Shown here one piece after another: positions 8,344-19,395 of a DNA stretch of 64,000 nt. The stretch spans positions 224,001 to 288,000 of the forward strand of contig OY843584.1 in assembly GCA_963692915.1 (NCBI GenBank), in the 5' to 3' direction. This DNA comes from Cenarchaeum sp. (GTDB lineage Archaea; Thermoproteota; Nitrososphaeria; Nitrososphaerales; Nitrosopumilaceae). Position 1 is the first letter of the stretch, and each line of letters opens with the position of its first letter. Under the pieces are notes generated by a model, which saw only the letters and a list, made by a program, of their open reading frames with translations, did not search any database and was not told where the DNA came from. The position numbers and the translations under genes were made by a program.

Positions 8344-11300
8344 ATGGGAGCCCCAACACTCGCAGCAGTGGCACTCGTCGCCCTCGCGGCGCTATACGCG
8401 GTGCCGGCAGCAGCCGAGGGGCCGGCCCACGAGTTCATCACGTCATGGGGCTCCCTTGGAGCCTCCGGCGAGGGCAGGTTTAGCGGCCCGACGGGCATCG
8501 CCTCTGACCACGAGGGCAACGTCTATGTGACTGACACGGGCAACGGCCGCGTCCAAAAGTTCAACAACTCGGGGGGCTTTGTGGCCGAGTGGAGCGCCAT
8601 GGGCAACTCGACTGAGTCGCTCTCCTCGCCCATGGGCATTGCGGTTCTCGACAACAGGGTCTATGTCATTGACAGCATTCTCGAGTCAGTCGTCGTGTAC
8701 GACCTTGATGGCACCTATGTCTCATCATGGGGATCGCACGGGGGCGATGCGGGGGAGTTTTTGCAGCCACGCGGGATAGCCGCCGGCAACGGAAGGATCT
8801 ATGTTACTGACACGGGCAACTCGCGTGCCCAGGCGTTCAGCGCAGAGGGAGCGCACATATCCACGTTTGGCACGGACAGGGACGAGGCGGCGCACCTCAG
8901 GTCACCAGTGGGCATTGCAGTTGCCAATGACGCAAGCGTGTTTATCGTTGATCCGGGCAAGATGTCACTGTTCCACTATGGGGTTGACGGGGAGCTCCTC
9001 GATGTCTTTGACGGCACGGTGGCCGGCAAGTCGTTGCGCGCCAGGGGCATGGCAGTCGACGGTGATGGCAAGCTCTATCTGGCCGATGCCCGAAACGACC
9101 GCGTTCTTCGCCTCGAGCCTGACGGCCTGACGCTCTCGGCATGGGGGGATGCCGGTGCAGGCGCGTACAAGTATCTGATGCCGACTGATGTCACCGTTGA
9201 CATATACGGGCAGCTCTTTGTCGTGGACTCGGGCGGGCACTCGATAAAGAAATACTCTACACCGCTTGCGCTAGATGACTCTGAGCGCATCGCCGTGCAC
9301 GAGGAGGCCGCCAGGCAGTTTAGGATCTCACAGGGCCTAGAGGAGCCCGAACAGGCCGCCGAGCCCGCACAAGAGTCGGCGCCACCGGCCGCCCGGCCAG
9401 CACCCCCACCGGCACAGCCGACGGCGCAGCCCGCACCGACAGCACCAGTCGCGCGCTCTGCCCCGCCGACGACGCCACCGGCAGCGCAGCCTGCCCCCGT
9501 CGCGACGGCGACGCTGCAGGTTACGCAGCAGCCCGTGGCCACGGCCCAGCCCGCGCGCGTCATGGCAGTGCCCGGCGACCTCACAAAGCCGACGATATAC
9601 GCCCCGCATGACATCACGGCCGAGGCTTCCGGACCGCTCACAAGGATAAACGTCGGAATGGCCACTGCGAGCGACGAGAGCGGCATACACTCGATCACAA
9701 GCAACGCGCCCTCCGAGTTCTCGCTGGGCACGAGCCTGGTGATCTGGACGGCCATAGACGGTGCGGGCAACCTGGCAATCGCAAGGCAGGAGGTCACCGT
9801 CTCGGACACGACGCCGCCGGCCATGGCAGGCGTGCCTGACATCTCCGTTGAGGCCGTCAGCCCGGACCGCAACTATATCGAGATTCGCGCCCCCGTTGCC
9901 ACCGACGCAGTCGGCGTGCTCGACGTCTCCTCTGATGCGCCAGACCACTATCCGGTCGGGCAGACGACGATCACGTGGACTGCCCGTGACATCTCGGGCA
10001 ACACGGCATCAGCCACGCAGGTCGTGAGCGTCCTGGACACGTCGGCCCCGCAGATCGTCGCGCCGCCGGAGATCACGGCCGAGGCGACAAGCCTGGATGC
10101 GACAGTGGTCTTTCTGGGTGACGCAAGCGTAGTTGACAATGGCCGTATAGTCTCAGTCACGAATGACGCGCCACCGTCATTTGCGCTTGGCAACACGACT
10201 GTCATGTGGATCGCGGTTGACTCGTCGGGAAACCGCTCGCATGATGCGCAGGTTGTGGCCATAGTCGACACGACACCGCCGGAGATCATCGTTCGCGAGG
10301 GAACCGTGGTGGAGGCCGAGTCAGCCGACTCTACCGCCGTGGACCTTGAGGAGCCTGAGGTCAGCGATGTCCAGCGCGTGAGGCTCACAAGCGACGCGCC
10401 TGCGTCGTTTGCCCTCGGCGAGACGACAGTCACGTGGACGGCGACGGACCCCTCGGGCAACACGTCGACTTCTGCACAGCTAGTCACGGTGGCTGACACG
10501 ACGCCGCCGGCCATCGACATCACGCGCACCATCACTGCTGAGGCCAGCAGGTCTGAGGGCAACACTGTCAGCCTCGGCGAGGTTGCAGTCACGGATGTGA
10601 GCGAGATTGCGGGCCTTGCCAATGACGCGCCCGAGTCATACGCGCTAGGCGAGACGACAGTCACGTGGAACGCCACGGACATACACGGCAACACGGCCAC
10701 AGCAGAGCAGACCGTGATCCTAGTCGACACGGTCTCCCCGTCGATCTTTGCGCCAGCTGACGTGACGGCCGAGTATGCCGGCGAGGCAGGAAACAGCGTA
10801 AACGTTGGCACTCCGGTCGCCGCAGACCGCGTGGGCGTCGCCTCGGTGTCAAGTGACGCGCCAGACACATTTGGCCTCGGCGAGACGACAGTCACGTGGA
10901 CCGCGACGGACACGTCAGGCAACGAGTCGACTGCATTGCAGACAATCACAATAGTGGACACGCTAGCGCCTGCCATACGCCCGCCGCCAGACGTGAGCGC
11001 CGAGGCCACTGCAGAGTCCGGCACGGCCGTTGAGGTGGGCCGGGCCACTGCCGCAGACGAGTCCGGCGAGGTCACAGTCACAAGCGACGCGCCTGCCCTC
11101 TTTGAGCTCGGAACCACGACAGTCACGTGGACCGCGACGGACACGTCAGGCAACATGATGAACGCGACGCAGAGGGTGAGCGTGACTGACACGATCCCCC
11201 CAGAGATCAGCGCACCTGCAGGCATACGGGCAGAGGCTGACTCGGAGGACGCAAACACTGTGGATCTCGGCACGGCCCGCGCAACTGACGCGGCAGGCAG

Positions 11301-13380
11301 CGTCACGGTGACAAGCGACGCGCCACTGGCGTTCCCCGTGGGCACCACTACAGTCACGTGGACCGCCGTCGACTCGTCAGGAAACGAGTCCACTGACACG
11401 CAAGAGATCACGTTTGTGGACACGACGAAACCGACAGTTTACGCGCCCGGCGACGTTACGGCCGAGGCCGGTCCGGACGTGCGCCTTGACATAGGCGAGG
11501 CCACGGCCACTGACGCGGTGGGCGTGGATGCGATAACGAGTGACGCGCCAGACTCGTTTGGGCCCGGCGAGACGACAGTTACGTGGACCGCGACGGATGC
11601 GGCGGGAAACTCGGCGAGCGCAACGCACACTGTGACGATAATTGACACGACGCAGCCGCTCATCGTGCCGCCACTGGCGCGCACCATCGAGGCGATGTCT
11701 GAGAACGGCAGTGCCGCAGACATTGGGTGGCCGACGCACTCTGATGCGGGTGGCGGCGTCACGATCGAGGGCGACGCGCCTGCAACGTTTCCCATCGGCG
11801 TGACTGCCGTGACATGGACTGCGACAGATGCGGCAGGCAACGTGCGCTCGGCTACGCAGAGCGTGACCGTCTCGGACACGATCGCCCCGTCAGTCACCCC
11901 GCCTGCTGACATTACCGCAGAGGCGACATCGCGCAACTTGACTGTGGTCGAGATCGGCGAGGCCACGGCCACTGACGCAGTGGGCGTGGTTGCGATAACG
12001 AGCGACGCGCCGGCGGCCTTTGCGCTCGGCGAGACGACAGTCGCGTGGACCGCGACGGATGCTGCAGGAAACTCTGCTAGCGGGCTCCAGATGGTCACCA
12101 TAGTCGACACGACCCCGCCGAGCCTCTCGGCGCCTGCCGATGTGACTGCCGAAGCCTCCTCCTCGGGCACGACTAGCGTGGATATCGGCGAGCCCGAGTC
12201 CACTGACACGGTCTCTGAGGAGATTGTCATCACCAGTGATGCGCCAGACGGCTATGAGCTCGGCGAGACGACAGTCACGTGGACCGCGACGGATGCGGCA
12301 GGCAACTCTGCCTCGCATGAACAGCTTGTGACAGTGGAGGACACGACCCCGCCGACAGTTGTGCCGCCGGCTGACATTGTGGCCGAGGCTGAGTCATCAG
12401 ACGGCTCAGTCGTGGACATTGGGATTGCCGGAACAGAGGACTCTGTTGGCACGATTTCGCTCACAAGTGACGAGCCGGCACTGTTCCCAATCGGCGAGAC
12501 GACAGTCACGTGGACTGCGACGGATGCGGCAGGCAACGAGGGAACCGCAGCACAGCTCGTGACTGTCACTGACACCGTTGCGCCGCGAATCGTCTCACCG
12601 ATTGACATTGTTGCCGAGTCTACCTCAACGAACGGCACGCGCATTGTCCTAGGTGACGCATCCACGTCTGATGCCGTTGGCGTGACGTCCGTGTCCAATG
12701 ACGCGCCAGAGCTCTTTGGACTGGGCAGGACGATGGTCACGTGGGAGGCCACAGATGAGGCAGGCAACATTGCCGTCGCGCTCCAGTCCGTGACCCTCCG
12801 CGACACTGTCGCCCCGCAGATTGAGACTCCTTCAGGCATGACACTCAACGCAACGGCGCCGTTCACGTCAGTCACGCTATCCATACCCATCTTGTCTGAC
12901 GCGGTGGACACCTCGCCTGTCCTGGTCTCTGATGCGCCTGACTCGTTTGCGCTCGGAACGACCATGGTGACCTGGAACGCAACAGACGCGGCCGGCAACA
13001 CGTCAAGCGTCGTCCAGCCAGTCACGGTCCTTGCGTGCGGCACTGCGCACTCGACGTACAACGTGATACGCGGCACGGCCGGTGACGACTCGCTAGTCGG
13101 CACCAGCGCCGCTGACCTGATCTTTGCGCTAGCGGGCAACGACGTCATTAGCGCCGGCGGCGGCAATGACTGCGTGATCGCCGGCGACGGTGATGACGTT
13201 GTCATCGGCGGCGACGGCGCGGACATCCTTGGCGGCAACGCCGGCGATGACGTTGTGCGCGGCCAGGACGGCGATGACCTGCTTGACGGCGGCGAGGGCT
13301 CTGATGTCATCGACGGCGGCGACGGCTCTGACTCGTGCGTGGCCTCTGCAGGCGACTCTGTCCTCCGCTGCGAGGCGTAG
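8344..13380 (+). CDS. Large secreted protein: NHL beta-propeller, Pro/Ala linker, about 15 HYR repeats, hemolysin-type Ca-binding repeats
   Basis: Signal peptide; NHL repeats (PTGIASDHEGNVYVTDTGNGRVQKF); repeated DTTPP...F.LGETTVTWTATD.AGN; C-terminal GGxGxD nonapeptides. Confidence 0.9.
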   Translation: MGAPTLAAVALVALAALYAVPAAAEGPAHEFITSWGSLGASGEGRFSGPTGIASDHEGNVYVTDTGNGRVQKFNNSGGFVAEWSAMGNSTESLSSPMGIAVLDNRVYVIDSILESVVVYDLDGTYVSSWGSHGGDAGEFLQPRGIAAGNGRIYVTDTGNSRAQAFSAEGAHISTFGTDRDEAAHLRSPVGIAVANDASVFIVDPGKMSLFHYGVDGELLDVFDGTVAGKSLRARGMAVDGDGKLYLADARNDRVLRLEPDGLTLSAWGDAGAGAYKYLMPTDVTVDIYGQLFVVDSGGHSIKKYSTPLALDDSERIAVHEEAARQFRISQGLEEPEQAAEPAQESAPPAARPAPPPAQPTAQPAPTAPVARSAPPTTPPAAQPAPVATATLQVTQQPVATAQPARVMAVPGDLTKPTIYAPHDITAEASGPLTRINVGMATASDESGIHSITSNAPSEFSLGTSLVIWTAIDGAGNLAIARQEVTVSDTTPPAMAGVPDISVEAVSPDRNYIEIRAPVATDAVGVLDVSSDAPDHYPVGQTTITWTARDISGNTASATQVVSVLDTSAPQIVAPPEITAEATSLDATVVFLGDASVVDNGRIVSVTNDAPPSFALGNTTVMWIAVDSSGNRSHDAQVVAIVDTTPPEIIVREGTVVEAESADSTAVDLEEPEVSDVQRVRLTSDAPASFALGETTVTWTATDPSGNTSTSAQLVTVADTTPPAIDITRTITAEASRSEGNTVSLGEVAVTDVSEIAGLANDAPESYALGETTVTWNATDIHGNTATAEQTVILVDTVSPSIFAPADVTAEYAGEAGNSVNVGTPVAADRVGVASVSSDAPDTFGLGETTVTWTATDTSGNESTALQTITIVDTLAPAIRPPPDVSAEATAESGTAVEVGRATAADESGEVTVTSDAPALFELGTTTVTWTATDTSGNMMNATQRVSVTDTIPPEISAPAGIRAEADSEDANTVDLGTARATDAAGSVTVTSDAPLAFPVGTTTVTWTAVDSSGNESTDTQEITFVDTTKPTVYAPGDVTAEAGPDVRLDIGEATATDAVGVDAITSDAPDSFGPGETTVTWTATDAAGNSASATHTVTIIDTTQPLIVPPLARTIEAMSENGSAADIGWPTHSDAGGGVTIEGDAPATFPIGVTAVTWTATDAAGNVRSATQSVTVSDTIAPSVTPPADITAEATSRNLTVVEIGEATATDAVGVVAITSDAPAAFALGETTVAWTATDAAGNSASGLQMVTIVDTTPPSLSAPADVTAEASSSGTTSVDIGEPESTDTVSEEIVITSDAPDGYELGETTVTWTATDAAGNSASHEQLVTVEDTTPPTVVPPADIVAEAESSDGSVVDIGIAGTEDSVGTISLTSDEPALFPIGETTVTWTATDAAGNEGTAAQLVTVTDTVAPRIVSPIDIVAESTSTNGTRIVLGDASTSDAVGVTSVSNDAPELFGLGRTMVTWEATDEAGNIAVALQSVTLRDTVAPQIETPSGMTLNATAPFTSVTLSIPILSDAVDTSPVLVSDAPDSFALGTTMVTWNATDAAGNTSSVVQPVTVLACGTAHSTYNVIRGTAGDDSLVGTSAADLIFALAGNDVISAGGGNDCVIAGDGDDVVIGGDGADILGGNAGDDVVRGQDGDDLLDGGEGSDVIDGGDGSDSCVASAGDSVLRCEA

Positions 13381-13476
13381 GCGCGTTTAGGGCCAATTTT
13401 CTATATAGTTAATGGCCAAATACCATATTTTCCTATATTCCATGTGTCAGGTATATATCCAGTGCGATGTGGGATA

Positions 13477-15030
13477 ATGCCAGTGCGACCGGCCACTGCC
13501 CTCATTATTGCGATCACGGCAACGCTTGCGGCCGCTGCGCTAGGCGGGGCGGCCCACGGCCAGCTCGCCGCGCCAAACCCGTCAGTTGACTTTTCGATCA
13601 ACGCCGCCGGCGCGACGTTTCCGTTCCCGCTCATCGACAAGTGGCGCGTCGAGTACGCCAAAGAGTACCCGAACGTGAGCCTCAACTACCAGTCGATCGG
13701 CAGCGGCGGGGGCATAAAGCAGCACATCGAGAAGACCGTCAACTTTGCGGCCAGCGACGCTCCGATGAGGTCAAGCGAGGCGGCCCTTGCGCCAGACACG
13801 CTGCACATCCCCGAGTCCCTTGGCGCAGTGACAGTCGCGTACAACGTCCCCGAGATTCCGGATAGCGGGCTGCGCCTTGATGGCCAGACTGTTGCGATGA
13901 TCTACCTTGGCGAGATTACGCGCTGGAACGACGAGCGCATAGCGGAGCTCAACCCCGGCATCGAGCTTCCCGACGCCGAGATCATCTCAGTGCAGCGCGC
14001 TGATGGCTCGGGGACGACGTTTGTCTTTACTGACTATCTCTCTGCCGTGTCAGCCGAGTTTGAGGAGATGATCGGCAAGGGCAAGAGCGTTCCGTGGCCA
14101 GTCGGCGTGTCCTCACCGGGCAACGAGGGGGTTGCCGGAACCGTGCGCTCAACGCCATACTCTGTGGGGTATGTGGAGCTCGCCTATGCCTTCCAGACGA
14201 GCATGTCATACGCGTATATCCAGAACGGTGATGGCACCGCATACGTAGAGCCGTCGATCATGTCAATAGGCGCAGCATCAGCCGGCGCGTCCACGTCGCT
14301 TCCCGAGGCGGCCGAGTCCTGGGAGGGCGTGAGCATAGTCAACGCGCAGGGCGCTGACTCGTACCCGATATCGAGCCTGACGTACCTCCTCGTGTACAGT
14401 GACCTCGGCGACGTCACGGACTCGATCGACGAGGCACATGCCGTGGTCCACATCATAGACTGGATGCTCACAAGCGGCCAGGCCCACTCCGAGTCGCTCC
14501 TCTACGTCCCGCTGCCAGAGGACGTCGTGCGCATTGGCACAGACGCGCTGCGGCTCATCACGTACAATGGCCGGTCAGTGTGGGCACTAGAGCCTGCCAC
14601 GGCTGCCGAGGGCGCAGCGTCGCAGGCGCCAGGCGAGGGGACCGGCGGGGGCGGATGCCTCATAGCCACGGCCGCATACGGCACGGAGATGGCCCCGCAG
14701 GTCCAGGCACTGCGCGAGATCCGCGACTCGACGCTGCTCGCCACGCCATCAGGCTCGGCGTTCATGTCGCACTTTAACGGCGTGTACTATGCGCTCTCGC
14801 CGGCAGTCGCCGACCTTGAGAGGCAGAGCCCCGAGTTTAGGCATCTCGTGCGCGCCCTCATCACTCCGATGGTGTCGTCGCTTGCCATAATGTCGCTTGC
14901 CGACGGTGGCTCGGATGCTGACGTTCTTGCGCTTGGCCTCTCTGTCATTGCGCTAAACGTGGGCATGTACGTCGCCATGCCGGCTGCCATATCGTCGTGG
15001 GCATGGCGCGCATCGCGCAGGCGGGCGTGA
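13477..15030 (+). CDS. pstS: Phosphate ABC transporter substrate-binding protein with C-terminal CFI-box-CTERM domain
   Basis: GATFPFP, YQSIGSGGG, RADGSGTT motifs; GGGCLIATAAYG...LREIRD tail. Confidence 0.95.
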   Translation: MPVRPATALIIAITATLAAAALGGAAHGQLAAPNPSVDFSINAAGATFPFPLIDKWRVEYAKEYPNVSLNYQSIGSGGGIKQHIEKTVNFAASDAPMRSSEAALAPDTLHIPESLGAVTVAYNVPEIPDSGLRLDGQTVAMIYLGEITRWNDERIAELNPGIELPDAEIISVQRADGSGTTFVFTDYLSAVSAEFEEMIGKGKSVPWPVGVSSPGNEGVAGTVRSTPYSVGYVELAYAFQTSMSYAYIQNGDGTAYVEPSIMSIGAASAGASTSLPEAAESWEGVSIVNAQGADSYPISSLTYLLVYSDLGDVTDSIDEAHAVVHIIDWMLTSGQAHSESLLYVPLPEDVVRIGTDALRLITYNGRSVWALEPATAAEGAASQAPGEGTGGGGCLIATAAYGTEMAPQVQALREIRDSTLLATPSGSAFMSHFNGVYYALSPAVADLERQSPEFRHLVRALITPMVSSLAIMSLADGGSDADVLALGLSVIALNVGMYVAMPAAISSWAWRASRRRA

Positions 15031-15036
15031 GCTACA

Positions 15037-15990
15037 ATGCTGCATGCGTCACGGCCACGGCGAGCAATATCTGACAAGATATTCAAGGTCGGCGCCACAA
15101 TCGCCGGCGCATACGTCCTAGTTGTCATCGTGCTCATGGTCTTTGAGCTCACGACCGAGTCAGCACCCGCACTCACCGAGTATGGCCTCGAGTTTGTGAC
15201 GGGCACGGACTGGAACGCAGTCGAGGGCCGCGAGTCCTTTGGCGTCCTGCCGTACCTCTTTGGCACGCTCATCACGTCGGCGATGGCGATGGCAATAGGC
15301 GTCCCGCTCAGCATAGGGATCGCGATGTTCATATCTGATGCGCCTGCGCGCATAGGGCGGCCGCTGGGGTTCGTAGTCGAGCTCCTGGCCGCGGTCCCGA
15401 GCGTCATATACGGGCTCTGGGGCCTCTATGTGTTTCGCGATTACTTTGTCGATTGGGTCGAGAGGCCGCTCCATGCCGTTCTCGGTGACAGCGTGTGGCT
15501 CTTTTCGGGCACGCCATTTGGCCTCGACGTACTCACCGCAAGCGTCGTGCTCGCCATCATGATAATCCCGACAGTCTCGGCCGTCTCGCGCGAGGTCATG
15601 GCTGCCGTCCCGCAGCAGCAAAAGGAGGCCGCATTCATGCTCGGCGCGACGCGCTGGGAGATGTTTCGCCTCGCGATATTCCCCTACTCGCGCATTGGCC
15701 TTGCAGGCGCCGCAATCCTTGGCCTCGGGCGCGCCGTGGGCGAGACGATGGCAGTGACGATGCTCATAGGCAACGCAAAGGGCGCCTCGGCGTTTCCGGC
15801 CTCGCTCTTTTCGCCGAGCCAGACGATGTCGAGCATCATCGCCAACGAGTTCGTCGAGGCCTCGCCTGCATCGCTCCACCTGCCGGCGCTCATCGGCGTG
15901 GGTCTCGTCCTCCTTGCCACGGCCATCCTGATAAACGTCGTTGCGCACCTGCTAGTCAGTCGCATGCGCTCCTCGCGGGGGGGACTCTAG
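15037..15990 (+). CDS. pstC: Phosphate ABC transporter permease PstC
   Basis: ELLAAVPSVIYGLWG, GRAVGETMAV. Confidence 0.95.
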   Translation: MLHASRPRRAISDKIFKVGATIAGAYVLVVIVLMVFELTTESAPALTEYGLEFVTGTDWNAVEGRESFGVLPYLFGTLITSAMAMAIGVPLSIGIAMFISDAPARIGRPLGFVVELLAAVPSVIYGLWGLYVFRDYFVDWVERPLHAVLGDSVWLFSGTPFGLDVLTASVVLAIMIIPTVSAVSREVMAAVPQQQKEAAFMLGATRWEMFRLAIFPYSRIGLAGAAILGLGRAVGETMAVTMLIGNAKGASAFPASLFSPSQTMSSIIANEFVEASPASLHLPALIGVGLVLLATAILINVVAHLLVSRMRSSRGGL

Positions 15991-16914
15991 GTGGACACGT
16001 CGCAAAAGCGCCTAAAGTACAGGGCACTCTTTAGGCAGAACGTGCGCGGGCGCCTGATAAAGGACAAGGCCATGCGCTGCGTCGTCATCGCGTGCGTCAT
16101 AGTGGCCATAGTCCCGCTTGGCAGCATACTCGCCGAGGTCGTGGCCAACGGAGCAATGGCGCTCAGCGTGGGATTCATCACGGAGGTTCCCGGCTCGGCC
16201 GGTTCTGGCGAGGGCGGAGTCGGGCCGGCAATACAGGGGACGCTCATCATCGTCGGCCTCGCAAGCCTCATGGGCGTGCCCATCGGCATCATGTCGGGCA
16301 TATTCCTCTCCGAGTACGGCACGAGCAGGCTTGCCGGCGCCGTACGCTTTTTCACCGACGTCTTTATGCAGTTCCCCTCGATCGTCATGGGGATATTTGC
16401 GTTCTTTGTCATCGTCCTGGTCCTCGGGCACTTTTCTGCATGGGCCGGCGCCTTTGCGCTCTCGCTCATCATGTTTCCGATAGTGTCGCGCACGACTGAG
16501 GAGTCGCTTCGCCTCGTCCAGGGAACGTACCGCGAGGCCGGAGTCGCCCTTGGCCTAAAAAAGTGGACAGTAACGGTGCGCATAGTCATGGCCGCCGCAA
16601 GGGACGGCATGGTCACGGGCATACTCCTCTCCGTCTCCCGCGTCGCCGGCGAGACGGCCCCGCTAATCATGACGATACTCGGGAGCAGCCAGTTCTTTGG
16701 CGGGTTTGGCGGGCCAATGGATGCGCTCCCGCTGCGCATATGGCGCCTCTCGCTTTTGCCCTATGACAGCGCGCAGCTCCACGGGTGGGGCTCGGCCCTG
16801 GTCCTCATTGCGATAATACTCGTCGTCAACGTCTGCGTGCGCTATGCCTTTTCTGGCCATAACCGCGGCGCACTCGCCATGGCCCTCAGGCGGCGCATGG
16901 GGGCGCGGCCTTGA
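15991..16914 (+). CDS. pstA: Phosphate ABC transporter permease PstA
   Basis: [17 protein letters not shown]. Confidence 0.95.
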   Translation: MDTSQKRLKYRALFRQNVRGRLIKDKAMRCVVIACVIVAIVPLGSILAEVVANGAMALSVGFITEVPGSAGSGEGGVGPAIQGTLIIVGLASLMGVPIGIMSGIFLSEYGTSRLAGAVRFFTDVFMQFPSIVMGIFAFFVIVLVLGHFSAWAGAFALSLIMFPIVSRTTEESLRLVQGTYREAGVALGLKKWTVTVRIVMAAARDGMVTGILLSVSRVAGETAPLIMTILGSSQFFGGFGGPMDALPLRIWRLSLLPYDSAQLHGWGSALVLIAIILVVNVCVRYAFSGHNRGALAMALRRRMGARP

Positions 16915-17777
16915 GCACAGTCGGCCTCGAGCCCGGGGTGGAGGCAGCACAGGGGAGCCAGACCATGTCATCTGGGAGCAATCCGTCCGAGTCGCACGTT
17001 GAGAAGAACTCCGGCGAGGCCTCGTACAAGATGACTGCCGAGGGCGTCGGCGTCTCGTACTCGGGCAAGCAGGCAGTGCGTGATGTCACGATGGGATTCA
17101 GGGAGCGCTCAGTCACGGCGCTCATTGGACCGTCCGGATGCGGCAAGACGACGTTTCTGCGCTGCCTGAACCGCATGCACGACATGACGCCGGGGGCGAC
17201 GGTGACGGGAAAGATAATGATAGACGGCGTTGATATGTACTCTGGTGACGTTGACCCGATATACCACAGGCGCAAGGTCGGCATGGTGTTTCAAAAGCCA
17301 AACCCGTTTCCGACAATGTCAGTCTATGACAACGTCGTCGCCGGCCTGCGCCTCAACGGCGTGCGTGACAGGAGGGCACTCGACGAGATAGCCGAGGACT
17401 CGCTGCGCATGGCGTTCCTCTGGGACGAGGTGCGCGACTCGCTATCAAAGCCGGCAATCGAGCTCTCCGGCGGGCAGCAGCAGCGCCTCTGCATAGCGCG
17501 GGCGCTGGCAATACAGCCCGAGGTTCTCCTCATGGACGAGCCGGCCTCGGCCCTTGACCCGATAGCGACACAAAAGATAGAGGAGGCCATAGTCGACCTA
17601 AAGCGCGAGCTTGCCGTCATCATTGTCACGCACAACATGCAGCAGGCCGTGCGCGTGTCTGACTATACGGGGTTTATGTACATGGGTGACCTCGTCGAGT
17701 TTCGTGACACGCGCAAGCTTTTCACTGACCCGCGCCACGAGCTCACCGAGCAGTATGTAAAGGGGAACTTTGGGTGA
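16911..17777 (+). CDS. pstB: Phosphate ABC transporter ATP-binding protein (start may lie slightly downstream)
   Basis: [31 protein letters not shown]. Confidence 0.96.
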   Translation: MSTVGLEPGVEAAQGSQTMSSGSNPSESHVEKNSGEASYKMTAEGVGVSYSGKQAVRDVTMGFRERSVTALIGPSGCGKTTFLRCLNRMHDMTPGATVTGKIMIDGVDMYSGDVDPIYHRRKVGMVFQKPNPFPTMSVYDNVVAGLRLNGVRDRRALDEIAEDSLRMAFLWDEVRDSLSKPAIELSGGQQQRLCIARALAIQPEVLLMDEPASALDPIATQKIEEAIVDLKRELAVIIVTHNMQQAVRVSDYTGFMYMGDLVEFRDTRKLFTDPRHELTEQYVKGNFG

Positions 17778-17783
17778 TGTGCG

Positions 17784-18464
17784 ATGACTAGGCTAATAGA
17801 GCCCCACATGGAGCGACTCTCGCTGCTGATGTCGAGCATGGGCGACATGGTAGTCGAGTCGGTATCGCTTGCGATGGACTCGTACCTCGAGGGTGCTGAC
17901 ACGATGAACCGCGTCATTGCGCTCTCGGACTCTATACGATCAAAGTACTATGAGGTAGAGGATCTCACGTTTGAGATGCTCCTGCGCTTCCAGCCCGTCG
18001 CTGATGACTTTAGGATGATCCGCTCGTCAACGGAGATATCGTATGCGTTCTCGAGGTTTGGGCGCTACGCGTATGACATTGCGCAGGTCCGTGACACGTT
18101 TGGCGACCTCACCGAGTGCCGCAACGCCGCGCTCTATGAGGCCTCAAAGAAGGTTCGCCATCTCATCCGGGAGGCGATACTCTCGTTCGCCGAGCTCGAC
18201 GTGCGTCGCGCGCAAAAGATACGCGAGGACGAGGAGTTTATCGACAAGATATACGTCGAGCGCATGGGACACCTGATCGAGTCGCGCGACACGCGCTGCG
18301 CACTCGCCGAGGCCCTCCTCCTAAGATACCTCGAGAGGATTGGGGACCATGCTGTCTTTATGAGCGACGCGGTAAACTATATCGTCACAGGCAAGCACAG
18401 GCCAAGCAAGGAGCGCATCGATGCGCGCACTGCGCGCGGACTGACGCGCCACAGCGAGCGCTAG
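17784..18464 (+). CDS. phoU: Phosphate uptake regulator PhoU
   Basis: RFQPVADDFR, YLERIGDHA; last gene of pst operon. Confidence 0.92.
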   Translation: MTRLIEPHMERLSLLMSSMGDMVVESVSLAMDSYLEGADTMNRVIALSDSIRSKYYEVEDLTFEMLLRFQPVADDFRMIRSSTEISYAFSRFGRYAYDIAQVRDTFGDLTECRNAALYEASKKVRHLIREAILSFAELDVRRAQKIREDEEFIDKIYVERMGHLIESRDTRCALAEALLLRYLERIGDHAVFMSDAVNYIVTGKHRPSKERIDARTARGLTRHSER

Positions 18465-18528
18465 GCCGGCCGAATCGGCAGGGCGCGCTCCAAGGGTTAA
18501 ATAGAAACGGCACGACGCGCCTGGCCTG

Positions 18529-19395
18529 ATGACAGCCACTAGGATGGACGGCATCGTCGTGGCCGACGCAGTAAAGTCGCGCGTTGCCGCCGCAGTAGCT
18601 GACCTGCGCGAGCGCGGCACGTCGCCGTGCCTGGCCACGGTTCTCGTCGGCGATGACGCGGCGTCTGCAACATACGTGCGCAACAAGCACGCCGCATGCA
18701 AAAAGGCCGGCATACTGACGCGCGACCACCGCCTCCCCGGCTCAACCACGCAGGCGGAGCTCGACTCGGTCATCGACGCGCTCAACTCCGAGGCCGCGGT
18801 CCACGGCATACTCGTGCAGCTTCCCCTCCCGCAGCAGATCGACGAGTTCTCGGTGACATCGCGCATACTGCCGCCAAAGGACGTCGACGGCCTGACGCCG
18901 TTTAGCGCCGGAATGCTCGCAGTCAGAAAGGCGGTCCTTGCGCCGTGCACGCCCTCGGGAATAATCGAGATGCTCGACCATTATGACATCGGGATCGCCG
19001 GCACGCGCGTGGCCATCATAAACAGGAGCAACCTCATAGGCAAGCCGCTCTCGCAGATGCTCCTTGCGCGAGACGCGACGGTGATGATGTGCCATTCCAA
19101 AACGCGCGACATTGCGCGCCACACGCGCGATGCCGACATTGTCATCAGCGCAGTGGGTGACAGGCAGCGCTTTGAGCTCACGCCGGACATGGTCGCCGAG
19201 GGCGCCGTAGTCATTGACGCCGCAATCCAGAGGCACATGGGCAAGCTTGCCGGCGATGCCGACTATGGCCCGATGGCCGAAAAGGCCTCGCATATCACGC
19301 CTGTTCCCGGCGGCGTCGGGCCGATGACTGTGGCAATGCTCCTGAAAAACACGGTAACTGCGGCCTCGATGATCGCCCATGTCAGTGGAAGCTAA
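18529..19395 (+). CDS. folD: Bifunctional methylenetetrahydrofolate dehydrogenase/cyclohydrolase
   Basis: YVRNK, GILVQLPLP, KDVDG, TPVPGGVGPMT. Confidence 0.96.
   Translation: MTATRMDGIVVADAVKSRVAAAVADLRERGTSPCLATVLVGDDAASATYVRNKHAACKKAGILTRDHRLPGSTTQAELDSVIDALNSEAAVHGILVQLPLPQQIDEFSVTSRILPPKDVDGLTPFSAGMLAVRKAVLAPCTPSGIIEMLDHYDIGIAGTRVAIINRSNLIGKPLSQMLLARDATVMMCHSKTRDIARHTRDADIVISAVGDRQRFELTPDMVAEGAVVIDAAIQRHMGKLAGDADYGPMAEKASHITPVPGGVGPMTVAMLLKNTVTAASMIAHVSGS

Noticed and set aside
9075-13310. Long minus-strand ORFs over the HYR gene (and similar shadows over other genes)
   Set aside because: Antisense shadows caused by high GC and codon bias; they have no recognisable motifs.
6445-13380. 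Type I secretion system for the RTX-like protein
   Set aside because: The transporter is a DrrAB-type ABC-2 pair with no membrane-fusion protein, and the large protein has its own N-terminal signal peptide.
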